Shown here piece by piece: positions 28,086 through 37,062 of a stretch of 63,606 nt of DNA. The stretch covers positions 1 through 63,606 of the forward strand of contig JBBCKI010000047.1 in the NCBI GenBank assembly GCA_037190965.1, given 5' to 3'. Every line of letters begins with the position of its first letter. The stretch's first letter is position 1. This DNA is from Chthoniobacteraceae bacterium (lineage in GTDB: Bacteria; Verrucomicrobiota; Verrucomicrobiia; Chthoniobacterales; Chthoniobacteraceae). The notes beneath the pieces are model-generated. The model was given only the letters and a program-made list of their open reading frames with translations, was not told the DNA's origin and searched no databases. The position numbers and the translations under genes were made by a program.

Positions 28086-29360
28086 ATGAAAATCAACTCA
28101 AAGTTGGCGCTACCAAAATCTTTGATCGCAGCCGCATTCATGGCCGCCGGCATGATGAATGCCTCTGCAGCAAGTGGCACCTGGATTAGTCTCGGCGGTA
28201 CCGATTGGAGCGGCGTCTGGAGTGATTCAACCCGCTGGAGCGGCAATGTGATTGCCGATGGCGCAGGGTCCATTGCGGATCTCGCCTCGGTGGGCATCAC
28301 CTCCGCAGGCATGACGGTGACCATCGACGGCACCTCCCGGACGGTGGGAAAACTCTACATCGGCGATGCGAATGGTACCGCCGGTTCTGCAACGGTTGCC
28401 GGTAGTGATGGCGGAACATTGATTTTTGATAACAACGGGAGCAACGCTTTGTTGCGCATGGGGAACCAAGTTGGCGGAGGCGGTTCTTCCTCCGGCAATC
28501 CGGTTTCCACTATTAGCGCGGCGGTTGGCTTAAGCGACTCTCTGGATATCGAGAACAACTTCAGTCTCGCGAGCGCATCCATGAGGGTGAGCGGCAATAT
28601 CAGCGCCAATACCGCAGGGACGAAGACCATTACCCATATCACGAATGCGGGCAATCGAGGCAATGCGGGTGTTATTCTAAGCGGCATAATTTCTAACGGC
28701 GCAGGTTCTATCGCGATTGTCCAAAACAGCACCACCGGGAACATGACCCTCACCCGGGCCAACAGCTACACCGGTGGTACCACCATTACCGCCGGAACGC
28801 TCCTGTTGACCGGAACGGGAACGGTAGGAGCCGGGAATGTGCATGTCGGCTCAGCGGGAACCTGGGACGTATCCGGGATCACGGCGGGGGTCTACTCCAT
28901 GACCTCCATGCAGACCTTGAGCGGCTCCGGAACGATCAACGCCGCGGGGAAGGGCATCTTCCTCGCCGGAACGCTGGCCTCCAGGGATCTCGACGTCATC
29001 GGAGACTTCACGTTGACGAGCACCGCTAACGTCGATGTCGACGTCACCGGTCTTGGTCTGTCGGATCAGTTTACCGTTTCCGGGATGCTGACTTTGGGGG
29101 GTACTTTGAACCTGAATACCACCTACACCGCCCAGTTGGGCGATGTCGTCACGCTGTTTGATGCGGGTCTCTTCAACGGAGCCTTCAACAGCTTTACCGG
29201 GCTCGATCTTGGCAGTGGTTTGGCTTGGGACGTGAGCCGGGTCGGAATCGACGGTTCGATCACCGTCATTCCCGAGCCGGGGACCCTTTCGCTGGTCGCC
29301 CTCGCGGGAATCGCCGGGATGGTTGTCCGCTCCCGCGTGGCTCGTCTGCGCCGCTCCTAA
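28086..29360 (+). CDS. PEP-CTERM surface protein with autotransporter-associated beta-strand repeat
   Basis: Signal peptide; G/T/S/N-rich; MTLTRANSYTGGTTITAGTL repeat; C-terminal VIPEPGT + transmembrane segment + basic tail. Confidence 0.9.
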   Translation: MKINSKLALPKSLIAAAFMAAGMMNASAASGTWISLGGTDWSGVWSDSTRWSGNVIADGAGSIADLASVGITSAGMTVTIDGTSRTVGKLYIGDANGTAGSATVAGSDGGTLIFDNNGSNALLRMGNQVGGGGSSSGNPVSTISAAVGLSDSLDIENNFSLASASMRVSGNISANTAGTKTITHITNAGNRGNAGVILSGIISNGAGSIAIVQNSTTGNMTLTRANSYTGGTTITAGTLLLTGTGTVGAGNVHVGSAGTWDVSGITAGVYSMTSMQTLSGSGTINAAGKGIFLAGTLASRDLDVIGDFTLTSTANVDVDVTGLGLSDQFTVSGMLTLGGTLNLNTTYTAQLGDVVTLFDAGLFNGAFNSFTGLDLGSGLAWDVSRVGIDGSITVIPEPGTLSLVALAGIAGMVVRSRVARLRRS

Positions 29361-29365
29361 AATTC

Positions 29366-29409
29366 ATGACCGATGCGGTCGGGAGCCCCCCCCGGCCGAC
29401 ATCGGTCAT
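29366..29409 (+). terminator. Hairpin just after the PEP-CTERM stop, probable terminator
   Basis: Imperfect inverted repeat ATGACCGATGCGGTCGG ... CCGGCCGACATCGGTCAT followed by TTCT (short U tract). Confidence 0.5.
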
Positions 29410-29603
29410 TTCTATCCCCGCAAGGAGGCTTGCGCAGCATCGCTCGGGCGGTCTGCCGCTGCAGATGGGCGGGCGCTCGATTTCCCTGAGTTCGGTGGGA
29501 GCCGCCGCCAAGTTGCAGAAGAAAGAATATAAAGAGAGAGCTCGCGCGGAAGATTGGAAGATTGCTACTATTCTTTTGGGTTAGGAGCACCTCCTTTGGA
29601 CCA

Positions 29604-30569
29604 ATGACGACAAACGCTAAACTCAGGATTGCCCTCTATGGGGCAAACGGCCACCAGCTACAACACCTGCTTGCCACGCCGCAGGCGCGCGTAGAGGTAA
29701 TCGCGGTCTGTGGGATCAATGCTCCGGCAGGGGCCGGAATTTCGCCTCGGGAATATGGATCGCTGGATGCGGTGCTGACTGATGACGCCGTGGACTTGGT
29801 CTCACTTTGCTCACCGCGCCGGGCCGATCAGGCTGAGGAGGCGATCCGTTGCCTGCGGGCGGGAAAGCATGTTCTCGCCGAAAAGCCGGCCGCTCTCTCC
29901 GAGGCACAGCTCGATGAGATTCTTCGTGTAGCGGAAGCGACCGGGCGTTGTTTTCGGGAAATGGGCGGCACAGTTTTTGACCAGCCCTACCTGGCGATGC
30001 GGGAATGCGTCCAAAGAGGAGAACTGGGGGAGATCGTTCAGGTGTTCGCGCAGAAGTCGTACCCTTATTACCCGGGCCGTCCGCAAAACGAAGCGGTGGA
30101 TGGAGGGCTTTTCCTTCAATGTGGCATTCATGCCGCTCGGATGATCGAACACGTGAGCGGGAAAAAAATCGTCTCGCTCTGTCGCACGGAAACCGGCTTG
30201 GGCAACCCTGTTCAGGGCGGTTTACGCATGGCCGCTGCCTTTCAAGGGCAGTTGGAGAATGGCGCCATCGCCAGCGCCATCGCCAATTACTTGAACCCGC
30301 CGGGTACCGGGCGTTGGGGGAACGAGACGCTACGGGTCTTCGGGACTCGCGGCATGGTGGAAGCGACCGATGGCGGTACGCGGACAAGGCTGGTTGTCGG
30401 AGAGGAGGACCGGGGCGCACTGCCGACCGCAGTTTCGACCGATTCGTATTTCTCGCTGCTTGCGGCCCATTTGCTCGACGGCATTCCCATGCCGCTTTCG
30501 CTGGAGGAGGAACTGCACCCGTTACGCGCTCTGCTGAGGGCGGAGAGTTTTGAGACCCCGCGCCCGTAA
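29604..30569 (+). CDS. Gfo/Idh/MocA-family oxidoreductase
   Basis: AGKHVLAEKP, GELGEIVQV, GIHA, VFGTRG. Confidence 0.85.
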   Translation: MTTNAKLRIALYGANGHQLQHLLATPQARVEVIAVCGINAPAGAGISPREYGSLDAVLTDDAVDLVSLCSPRRADQAEEAIRCLRAGKHVLAEKPAALSEAQLDEILRVAEATGRCFREMGGTVFDQPYLAMRECVQRGELGEIVQVFAQKSYPYYPGRPQNEAVDGGLFLQCGIHAARMIEHVSGKKIVSLCRTETGLGNPVQGGLRMAAAFQGQLENGAIASAIANYLNPPGTGRWGNETLRVFGTRGMVEATDGGTRTRLVVGEEDRGALPTAVSTDSYFSLLAAHLLDGIPMPLSLEEELHPLRALLRAESFETPRP

Positions 30570-30597
30570 GCCCGGTCGGCAGCAATGATCGCTGGCA

Positions 30598-32862
30598 TTA
30601 CAGGTTCAGCGCTCGCGTTTCTCCCTCTCGCGGGGCTGCCGGGGAGATGCCGCGGGTCTTCACCAATCGATAAGCGGAACTCCAGTCGGGACGGTCTTTC
30701 ACTTCCAGGAACAACGTGAAAAGCGGTCCCTCGAATTCGGGAAGCACGCACTGGGCGCGAGGCCCCCTGCAGTTCGTGTTGGGCAAAATCGGGCCTGGGA
30801 GCCAACTCAGAAGATGACGACGAAGTCCATCCTGTTCCAGCCAGACGCTGACCTCCATCGGCTCCAGAGCATCCGGACCGTCGTGCAGGAGCCAGATTTC
30901 CGGGTCGAAAAGCTCGCCCGGCGTCCATGAGAATTTGCGGATGCGGGCGCTGGCAAGGGTGGGGCGGCAAGCTTCACCGACGGCGGCGAGGGCGGGTTTG
31001 GGCACGCAGGGCCAGGCGACCAGGCTGTTGTTGGCGGCAGTGGGCCACGGTTCGTTGAAGCACCAGTTCAACGCCATGCTGGCCACGGGCTTCTGTCGGC
31101 GGGCTTCTTCGTAAAGTCCCTGATAACCCGCCGATTGGAGCAGTTGGCCGCGCTCAACAAGTTCCTCCAGCGTTGAGCAAGGGCCAAAATAGTGCTCAAT
31201 CTCCGGGAGGTTCAGCCAGCTTTCGGACATCCAGACGCCGAAGGCGTGATGACTTTCCCAGGTGGTGCCGCGCCGGGGCGGCCAGAGTTCGGCCTCGGGC
31301 AAAATCCGCTTGAGCACCTCCAAGGGGGCGGGGGCGGGGCAACCGAACTCCGAGTAAGCGGTGCAGGATGCCTTTTGGAAAACGGCCCAGGCCTCCTCTC
31401 CGGTTTGTGGATCGCGAAAAACATAGTGGCCGTGCCCCATCCCGTCGATGGGCGCTGTTGGCAGGAATGGGGTGGCCGGATCGAGATCGAAGGTGTTCCG
31501 GTTGAGCAGCCGCAGGGCGTGCGACTGGTCGGTCATCCCCGACCAGTTGTTGAAGAGTTCGTTGCCGCCACACCAGAGGACTAGCGAAGGGTGCCGCCGG
31601 ATGCGCAGGATCAAGCTGCGCGATTCCTGATCGAGCTCGGCGAGATAGGCCGCGGTATCGGGATAGTCATTGCAGGCGAGCGGAAATTCCTGCCACACCA
31701 TGATGCCGAGTTCGTCGCAAAGCTCGTAAAACGACTCCTTCAGAGCGGGAGCGCCGCCCCATAGACGCAGGATGTTAAGGTGATTCCGGCGAACCAGTTG
31801 GAGTTGCTCTTCATAGTGCGCCCGCTCAAGGCGGCCGGGAAAAATGTCGGGGCAAACCCAGTTGGAGCCCTTCGCAAAAAGGCGGCGGCCGTTGATTTCC
31901 AGCGTGATCGGGGGGCGGCTGCGGGACTTGGGAAACGTGTTGGGCATCTCCCACTCGCCGGGAGCCATCACTAGTCGGACCTGCCGGAAGCCGATCCGGT
32001 GACAATGCCGGTCGCAGACCTCGCCTTCGGAGGCTTTTAAGATAATCTCCGAGTGGTAGAGCGACGGCGATCCCTGGTCGTGCGGCCACCATGGCTGGAT
32101 AGCCTCCAGCGAAAATTCGATGGCGCGGCGCGACTGCCCTTGCTCGATCTTCTCTTCACAAGAAAGAACGCGTTTTTCTTCGGGGTCGATCAAGTGCCAC
32201 TCGAGCGTCATGCCCTTCCGGGCGGGAGCATTCAGGACGACTTGCAGTTGGCCCTGTGCCGCGCGGCAGTCTTCGCTCAAGGCATAGCTGATCTGTGGTG
32301 GCTGAGAGAAATGGAGCGGCGAGCGCACCTCCAAAAAGGTCTCCTGCCACAAACCGAGCGGAATCAGTCGGGGGTGAAAATCCCAGCCATAGGAAACCGC
32401 AGGCTTGCACGACTCGCGGGCCTGCGAACGCCCGTGCGGCGCGCCGGGCGCCTTTGGGGCCGGATGGATGAGGACGTCGAGTTGCACACCCGGGTGCCAG
32501 CGTTCCGTGACGTCGAGCTCAATCGGTGTCTGCATCCCGGTATGCTGGAGCAGTCGTTCGCCGTTCAGGGAAACTTCGCAAGCATAGTCGACACCCTGAA
32601 GAACCAGGAATAGCCGCTCATCAGGCTGGAGCGGCGGCACCTCACCCGGGATGGCGCGGTACTGCCACGCCGAGTTCTCCATCTCCTGCCAGGCATTGAG
32701 ATGGGGGCCTTCCTGATAGTCCGGAAGCTGGTGCGCAGCGGCCCAGTCGAGCTGAACAGCGCCGGGAACCGTGGCGGGAATCCAATGTTCCGCCTGTTCG
32801 GCGGAGTTGGCGCCTTTAATACGGGAGAGCTTCCAACGGAGGAGATAACGGGAGCGTGGCAT
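30598..32862 (-). CDS. GH2 beta-mannosidase-like glycoside hydrolase
   Basis: ATVPG, YGWDF, KGSNW, LRLWGG, CDELGIMVWQEF, LWCGGNE (acid/base), SEFG (nucleophile); no signal peptide. Confidence 0.9.
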   Translation of the reverse strand: MPRSRYLLRWKLSRIKGANSAEQAEHWIPATVPGAVQLDWAAAHQLPDYQEGPHLNAWQEMENSAWQYRAIPGEVPPLQPDERLFLVLQGVDYACEVSLNGERLLQHTGMQTPIELDVTERWHPGVQLDVLIHPAPKAPGAPHGRSQARESCKPAVSYGWDFHPRLIPLGLWQETFLEVRSPLHFSQPPQISYALSEDCRAAQGQLQVVLNAPARKGMTLEWHLIDPEEKRVLSCEEKIEQGQSRRAIEFSLEAIQPWWPHDQGSPSLYHSEIILKASEGEVCDRHCHRIGFRQVRLVMAPGEWEMPNTFPKSRSRPPITLEINGRRLFAKGSNWVCPDIFPGRLERAHYEEQLQLVRRNHLNILRLWGGAPALKESFYELCDELGIMVWQEFPLACNDYPDTAAYLAELDQESRSLILRIRRHPSLVLWCGGNELFNNWSGMTDQSHALRLLNRNTFDLDPATPFLPTAPIDGMGHGHYVFRDPQTGEEAWAVFQKASCTAYSEFGCPAPAPLEVLKRILPEAELWPPRRGTTWESHHAFGVWMSESWLNLPEIEHYFGPCSTLEELVERGQLLQSAGYQGLYEEARRQKPVASMALNWCFNEPWPTAANNSLVAWPCVPKPALAAVGEACRPTLASARIRKFSWTPGELFDPEIWLLHDGPDALEPMEVSVWLEQDGLRRHLLSWLPGPILPNTNCRGPRAQCVLPEFEGPLFTLFLEVKDRPDWSSAYRLVKTRGISPAAPREGETRALNL

Positions 32863-32877
32863 GAGGCGAAGAGGAAA

Positions 32878-35568
32878 CTAGAAAGTCGCACAAAGGGTCA
32901 GAATTTCCTTTGCCCCAAGGGTGAGCCGTTCGCCCGTCACTTCGCACACCCGTTCGCCTCGCAGGTTGGTGGTGTACCAGGCAGTTGCCCCGGAGAGGGT
33001 TACCTCGGCGGGAGCCGCGGCGGGGTTGAAGACGCGGAAGAACCAGGATGCCTCGCTCCCTCGGAAGGAGGCGGAAAGGACCACGTCACCCTCGACTTTC
33101 GGCAGCGCGCCGGATGGCACGAGGGCGGGTGCCGCAACGGCGCGCAGATCCGCCGCGTCGAGATACAAGCTTCTCACCGGTGCCGCCACGCTCTGGGCGA
33201 GCCGGAAGAGTTCCGCTCCCGGCGGGGTTGCGCCCAAAGGTTTGAGGGCGAGCCGGAGACGGTGGATGCCCTGGATCTGGCCGCCCTCGTTTCCGTCGGT
33301 AAAGACGGCGCGCCGGAAGGCACGCAACAGCGTAACGCACAGCGGGCGATCCGGCTGGTCGAGAACGGCGCTTTCGTATTGCCCGGGAGCGATGAGCGCC
33401 AGGCCGCGATGGCCGTCGGAAATGGCGACCCAGTTTTGCTGGGGCGTCATTTCCACCTGAATTTCCCGCAGGAGATGGTTTCCTTCGCGCAGTTTCACGG
33501 GCCGTTCCACGGCATCAAAAGGCGTGTCGCTCCAGAAACTTTCCGCCTTCTGAAGCCCCGTGGGACAGAGGAGACGCAGGCGATGATCGCGGACATGATT
33601 ATGAATCGTCGTCTCGACTTCCGCATGGGCCTGGCCCTTGCGAAGCGTGACGTGGTGTTCGACGACGAACGGGACAAGCCGCCCGCTCCTTTCGTTGCGC
33701 TGAAAGTCGAACGACTCAGGCACCAGCCATTCGACTCGCAAATGCAGCCGCGCAAGGAGCGGTCCGTTCTCGGTGAGGCCGAAGGAGACGTTTCCGCCCG
33801 TGGAGAGATAGGCGCGGTCCTGGAGGGCTACTCCGTGGAACCAGCCGTCGCCGATGTCGGCGGTATCCTCCATCGCGAGCAGGCCGTGGTACTCCCCGCC
33901 TGTCTGCAGATCCTTGAGCGAGAGCGTGCCCTCGCTCGAGGCGGTAATCTCCAGAAATTCGTTGCGTAACTGGTTGCGCGCGACGCCGATCGCTCCCTCG
34001 GGAGCGATGCGGGTTGGCCCGGAGGCACGCCGCAGCACAAAGTGGCGCGCCTCGCGGGGTTCAAGCGAAGTATCCAGCGCAATCCGGATGCCTTGCCGCT
34101 CTTCGGGGGAAGGGAAATGATTCCTGGGAATCCTCAGGTGGGTTGTGCTCGGGAGGACTTGGAGAAGTTGGTAGGCGACTTCATTCCCCTCAAGGTCATA
34201 GACTCGCAGGGAAGGCTTGGATTCGAACCCGAAGAATTCGCTGAACTGCGGCCAATCTTTTGGCAACCGCGCGGAAACCTCCGGGATGAGCTGCACCGTT
34301 CCTCCTGCGGGAGCGAAGAGGCTAAGGCCAATCTCGCTCTCGGCAACCTGCCCGCGCAATGATGCGGCGCTAAAGCCACCCAAGGCGCGGTCGAGATAAT
34401 ACTCGGCAATCTGGCGGCTCTGCTCGAAGCGGTACGGCATCGCGTCATGCGTCTCGTCGGGGCTGCATCCGCAGATGCTGTCATGGGGATGATTCTTGAG
34501 CAGGTATTCCCATGCGAGCGTGATCGCGGTGCGCGGATACTCGAGCCCGAGTACGGCACTGGCGGCGGCGCACCAATGCTCCAGCCATAAGGTTAGCAAG
34601 GTTTCCCCCGCATGGTTGGCTTGTTTCAGCGGGATGCGGCTGCTGCCCACGCCGGGGATCAGCCAGCCATAAGTCTCCATCGCTGCGGGTTCGCGAAGCT
34701 CGCCTTTTACTGTCGGGAGCGACGGCGGCAACTCTTTGCAAAGCGCCTCGATAAAGGCATCGAGCGTGGAGACCCGGATCAGCTCGCGCCCCGCCAGCGC
34801 GTTCAGACGCTGCGCCATTTCAAGAATGGCAGGGTCGAATTCCATGTGGTCGCCGCCGTCAAACCAGAGCATCGGCCGCGCTTCGGGCCCAGGGGAGGTT
34901 TTTTCCAGGTAGGTCAGCGCGTTGGCAACCATCCCTTCCACTCCGGGGATGACGTCGGGCTTATTGGCGGAGCGCACGTCGAAATCGAAGTCGGTATAGC
35001 CATTTTCCGGAAAGCAGTGGACGATGATGCGGGAGCCGTCGGCCCCCTCCCAATGGAAGAGGGGACCCTGCGAGAGATCCACACCCCGCCAGAGAATCGC
35101 GTTATTGATCCGCAGCTTGGAGAGGATCTGCGGCATCTGGCTGTTGTGGCCGAAAATGTCGCAAAGCCAGCCAACGCGACTCGTTTGCCCAAAGGCTTCC
35201 GCGCGCTCCATCCCCAACAGAAAGTTTCTGACTAGTGATTCGCCGCTCACGAGAAACTCATCCGGCAGGTTGTACCACGGGCCCACTTTGAAGCGACCCG
35301 CAGCCACGAGGCTTCGGACCAGCGCCTCCTTCTCGGGGCGAATCTGCAAATAGTCTTCAACGGGAATAAACTGGCCGTCGAGCTGGTAAAATGGCAGGCG
35401 GCCTGACTCCAGTTCGCTAAACACCTGGTCCAGCATACCGACGAGTTTTCCGCGGAACTTCTGGAAAGAGAAATACCATTCCCGGTCCCAATGGGAGCTG
35501 GAAACAAGATGGATCGTACCGGGGAAGTCTTTGAGCGAGGATGGGGTGTTCATGGAGAAAGAAGGCAT
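32878..35568 (-). CDS. GH38 alpha-mannosidase-like glycoside hydrolase
   Basis: SHWDREW, LDGQ, GESLVRN, DIFGH (nucleophile), HPHDSICGCS; no signal peptide. Confidence 0.92.
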   Translation of the reverse strand: MPSFSMNTPSSLKDFPGTIHLVSSSHWDREWYFSFQKFRGKLVGMLDQVFSELESGRLPFYQLDGQFIPVEDYLQIRPEKEALVRSLVAAGRFKVGPWYNLPDEFLVSGESLVRNFLLGMERAEAFGQTSRVGWLCDIFGHNSQMPQILSKLRINNAILWRGVDLSQGPLFHWEGADGSRIIVHCFPENGYTDFDFDVRSANKPDVIPGVEGMVANALTYLEKTSPGPEARPMLWFDGGDHMEFDPAILEMAQRLNALAGRELIRVSTLDAFIEALCKELPPSLPTVKGELREPAAMETYGWLIPGVGSSRIPLKQANHAGETLLTLWLEHWCAAASAVLGLEYPRTAITLAWEYLLKNHPHDSICGCSPDETHDAMPYRFEQSRQIAEYYLDRALGGFSAASLRGQVAESEIGLSLFAPAGGTVQLIPEVSARLPKDWPQFSEFFGFESKPSLRVYDLEGNEVAYQLLQVLPSTTHLRIPRNHFPSPEERQGIRIALDTSLEPREARHFVLRRASGPTRIAPEGAIGVARNQLRNEFLEITASSEGTLSLKDLQTGGEYHGLLAMEDTADIGDGWFHGVALQDRAYLSTGGNVSFGLTENGPLLARLHLRVEWLVPESFDFQRNERSGRLVPFVVEHHVTLRKGQAHAEVETTIHNHVRDHRLRLLCPTGLQKAESFWSDTPFDAVERPVKLREGNHLLREIQVEMTPQQNWVAISDGHRGLALIAPGQYESAVLDQPDRPLCVTLLRAFRRAVFTDGNEGGQIQGIHRLRLALKPLGATPPGAELFRLAQSVAAPVRSLYLDAADLRAVAAPALVPSGALPKVEGDVVLSASFRGSEASWFFRVFNPAAAPAEVTLSGATAWYTTNLRGERVCEVTGERLTLGAKEILTLCATF

Positions 35569-35659
35569 GGCGGGGGGTGAGGAAGCGGGAGCTTCCTGGA
35601 CTTGGAATTGAGTTGTCGGCGACGACCGCCGGGGCCGCTGGCGTTCACCAGCGGGCTGC

Positions 35660-36703
35660 TCAGCTTGCGGGCAGCGTGCTCTTACCCTGGTGAAAGTGGC
35701 AGGGCATAAGGATCAGCCGAGGCGTATCTTCCGGGTGGTCGAGCCGGTGGGCAATACGACGGAGGGCGGCTGCGCCGATCTGCTCTTCGCGCACTTCCGT
35801 CGTCGTCAATTCAGGACAGTTCGAGTTGGTAAACGACCGCTGGTGAAAGCCGGTGACCGCGACATCCTCGGGGATGCGGATGCCGCGTTTCATCAACTCC
35901 AGGCAAAGGAAATGGGCCAACGCATCGTTGGCGCATATCCATGCCTTTACTCCTCGCTTGATGAGCTCGACGACGCGGTCATAAGCCTTTTCGTCATCAT
36001 GAGGAGAACCGACCAATGCCAGGGAAGGCGCGACTTCGACCACGTTCTCCTGCGAGAAAGGAAGGCCGAAGCTCACCATGGTTTCCGCATAGGCGGCAAA
36101 CCGGGAGCGCGACCAACTTGCGGGGGGAATCAGCCCGAAAAAGCCGATCTGGGAATGTCCCGTCTGCTGCAAATGCGAGACCAGCCCGTGGGTGCCACCG
36201 ACATGGTCGATGCCGATCACGTCGATCGGCAAATCGGGGTAGTGCATGATGATCGACACCGTGGGCCACTTACGGCTGAGAACCTGCACCACTTCCTCTG
36301 GCCATTTGTAAATCAATACAATTCCGGCCACCAGCCCCATTCGCAGCGAGGGTGGCTGGTGCTTCGGGCTGAGAATATTGCGGCTTTCAGCCAAGGGAGC
36401 CACATGCGAAATAAGGGAGAAATTGAACGGCACCGCCGCCCGGCTCATTCCGGCAAGAAAGCCTGCGGGAGCCGCGTCGGCCCCGAGGGTCAGCATCAGG
36501 ATATTACGCGGTGCGGGCGGCGCTTCGGCATTTTTTTTGCGGGGCGCCACGTATCCCAGGGAACTCGCCTCTTTCAGCACCTTGTCGCGCGTGGCCGGGT
36601 GAATACCAGGCACGTTGCGCAGCGCTCGGGAAACGGTGGAAATAGCCAGCCCCAACCGCTTGGCAATATCTTCCAGCGCGACAGCGGATTCGGAGTGGTT
36701 CAT
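35660..36703 (-). CDS. LacI-family transcriptional regulator
   Basis: LEDIAKRLGLAISTVSRAL HTH, GHSQIGF, CAND, IPEDVAVTGF. Confidence 0.92.
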   Translation of the reverse strand: MNHSESAVALEDIAKRLGLAISTVSRALRNVPGIHPATRDKVLKEASSLGYVAPRKKNAEAPPAPRNILMLTLGADAAPAGFLAGMSRAAVPFNFSLISHVAPLAESRNILSPKHQPPSLRMGLVAGIVLIYKWPEEVVQVLSRKWPTVSIIMHYPDLPIDVIGIDHVGGTHGLVSHLQQTGHSQIGFFGLIPPASWSRSRFAAYAETMVSFGLPFSQENVVEVAPSLALVGSPHDDEKAYDRVVELIKRGVKAWICANDALAHFLCLELMKRGIRIPEDVAVTGFHQRSFTNSNCPELTTTEVREEQIGAAALRRIAHRLDHPEDTPRLILMPCHFHQGKSTLPAS

Positions 36704-36706
36704 TGC

Positions 36707-36960
36707 AACGAGACGTATTCGAAAACGCCAAATAAGAGAAGAAAATTTTCGAAAATTTGCAAAGCATCTTTTCGCCTTTCTTTAGCTGAAGGCTTGGCCG
36801 AAGGGATGAAAATAAAGCCGGAAAAGGCCTGCATCCCTTGTGAAGGTAATGGGAAGCGCTTCTTTACTGATTGCTGAATCACGGGTGCGCAAGCAGGCGG
36901 GGGATGGGAATTTGGTTCCTGCAAAATTTAGCAAACGAAAGGAAAATTTAGAAAATTAAA
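36707..36960. promoter_or_regulatory. Motif-2 operator-like array in the divergent lacI/PEP-CTERM spacer
   Basis: Perfect 16-bp palindrome AAATTTTCGAAAATTT (36743-36758), TTCGAAAAC (36718), and GCAAAATTTAGCAAA..GAAAATTTAGAAAATT (36921-36957). Confidence 0.65.
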
Positions 36961-36991
36961 TTGACGTTTCCCGGAAGCGAAGATTACTAAT
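36961..36991 (+). promoter_or_regulatory. Possible sigma70-type promoter for the 37063-45165 operon
   Basis: TTGACG followed 18 bp later by TACTAAT, directly downstream of an AT-rich motif-2 tract. The -10 match is imperfect. Confidence 0.4.
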
Positions 36992-37062
36992 AGAGGGAAT
37001 CAACAGGAATGGAGCTAAGGTTGTTCCATGAATCCTGATTAGATATCTGCCCCCGTGTTCCT

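Noticed and set aside
2707..29520. Shared AGTTGCAGAA (with upstream GCCGC) in the spacers at ~2707-2724 and ~29504-29520
   Set aside because: Only two copies of a 10-bp match, in different modules; cannot be distinguished from chance.
35635..35654. Hairpin CCGCTGG-N6-CCAGCGG after the lacI stop; also GCCCGG-N5-CCGGGC at 39511-39527
   Set aside because: Short GC stems with no convincing U tract; not called terminators.
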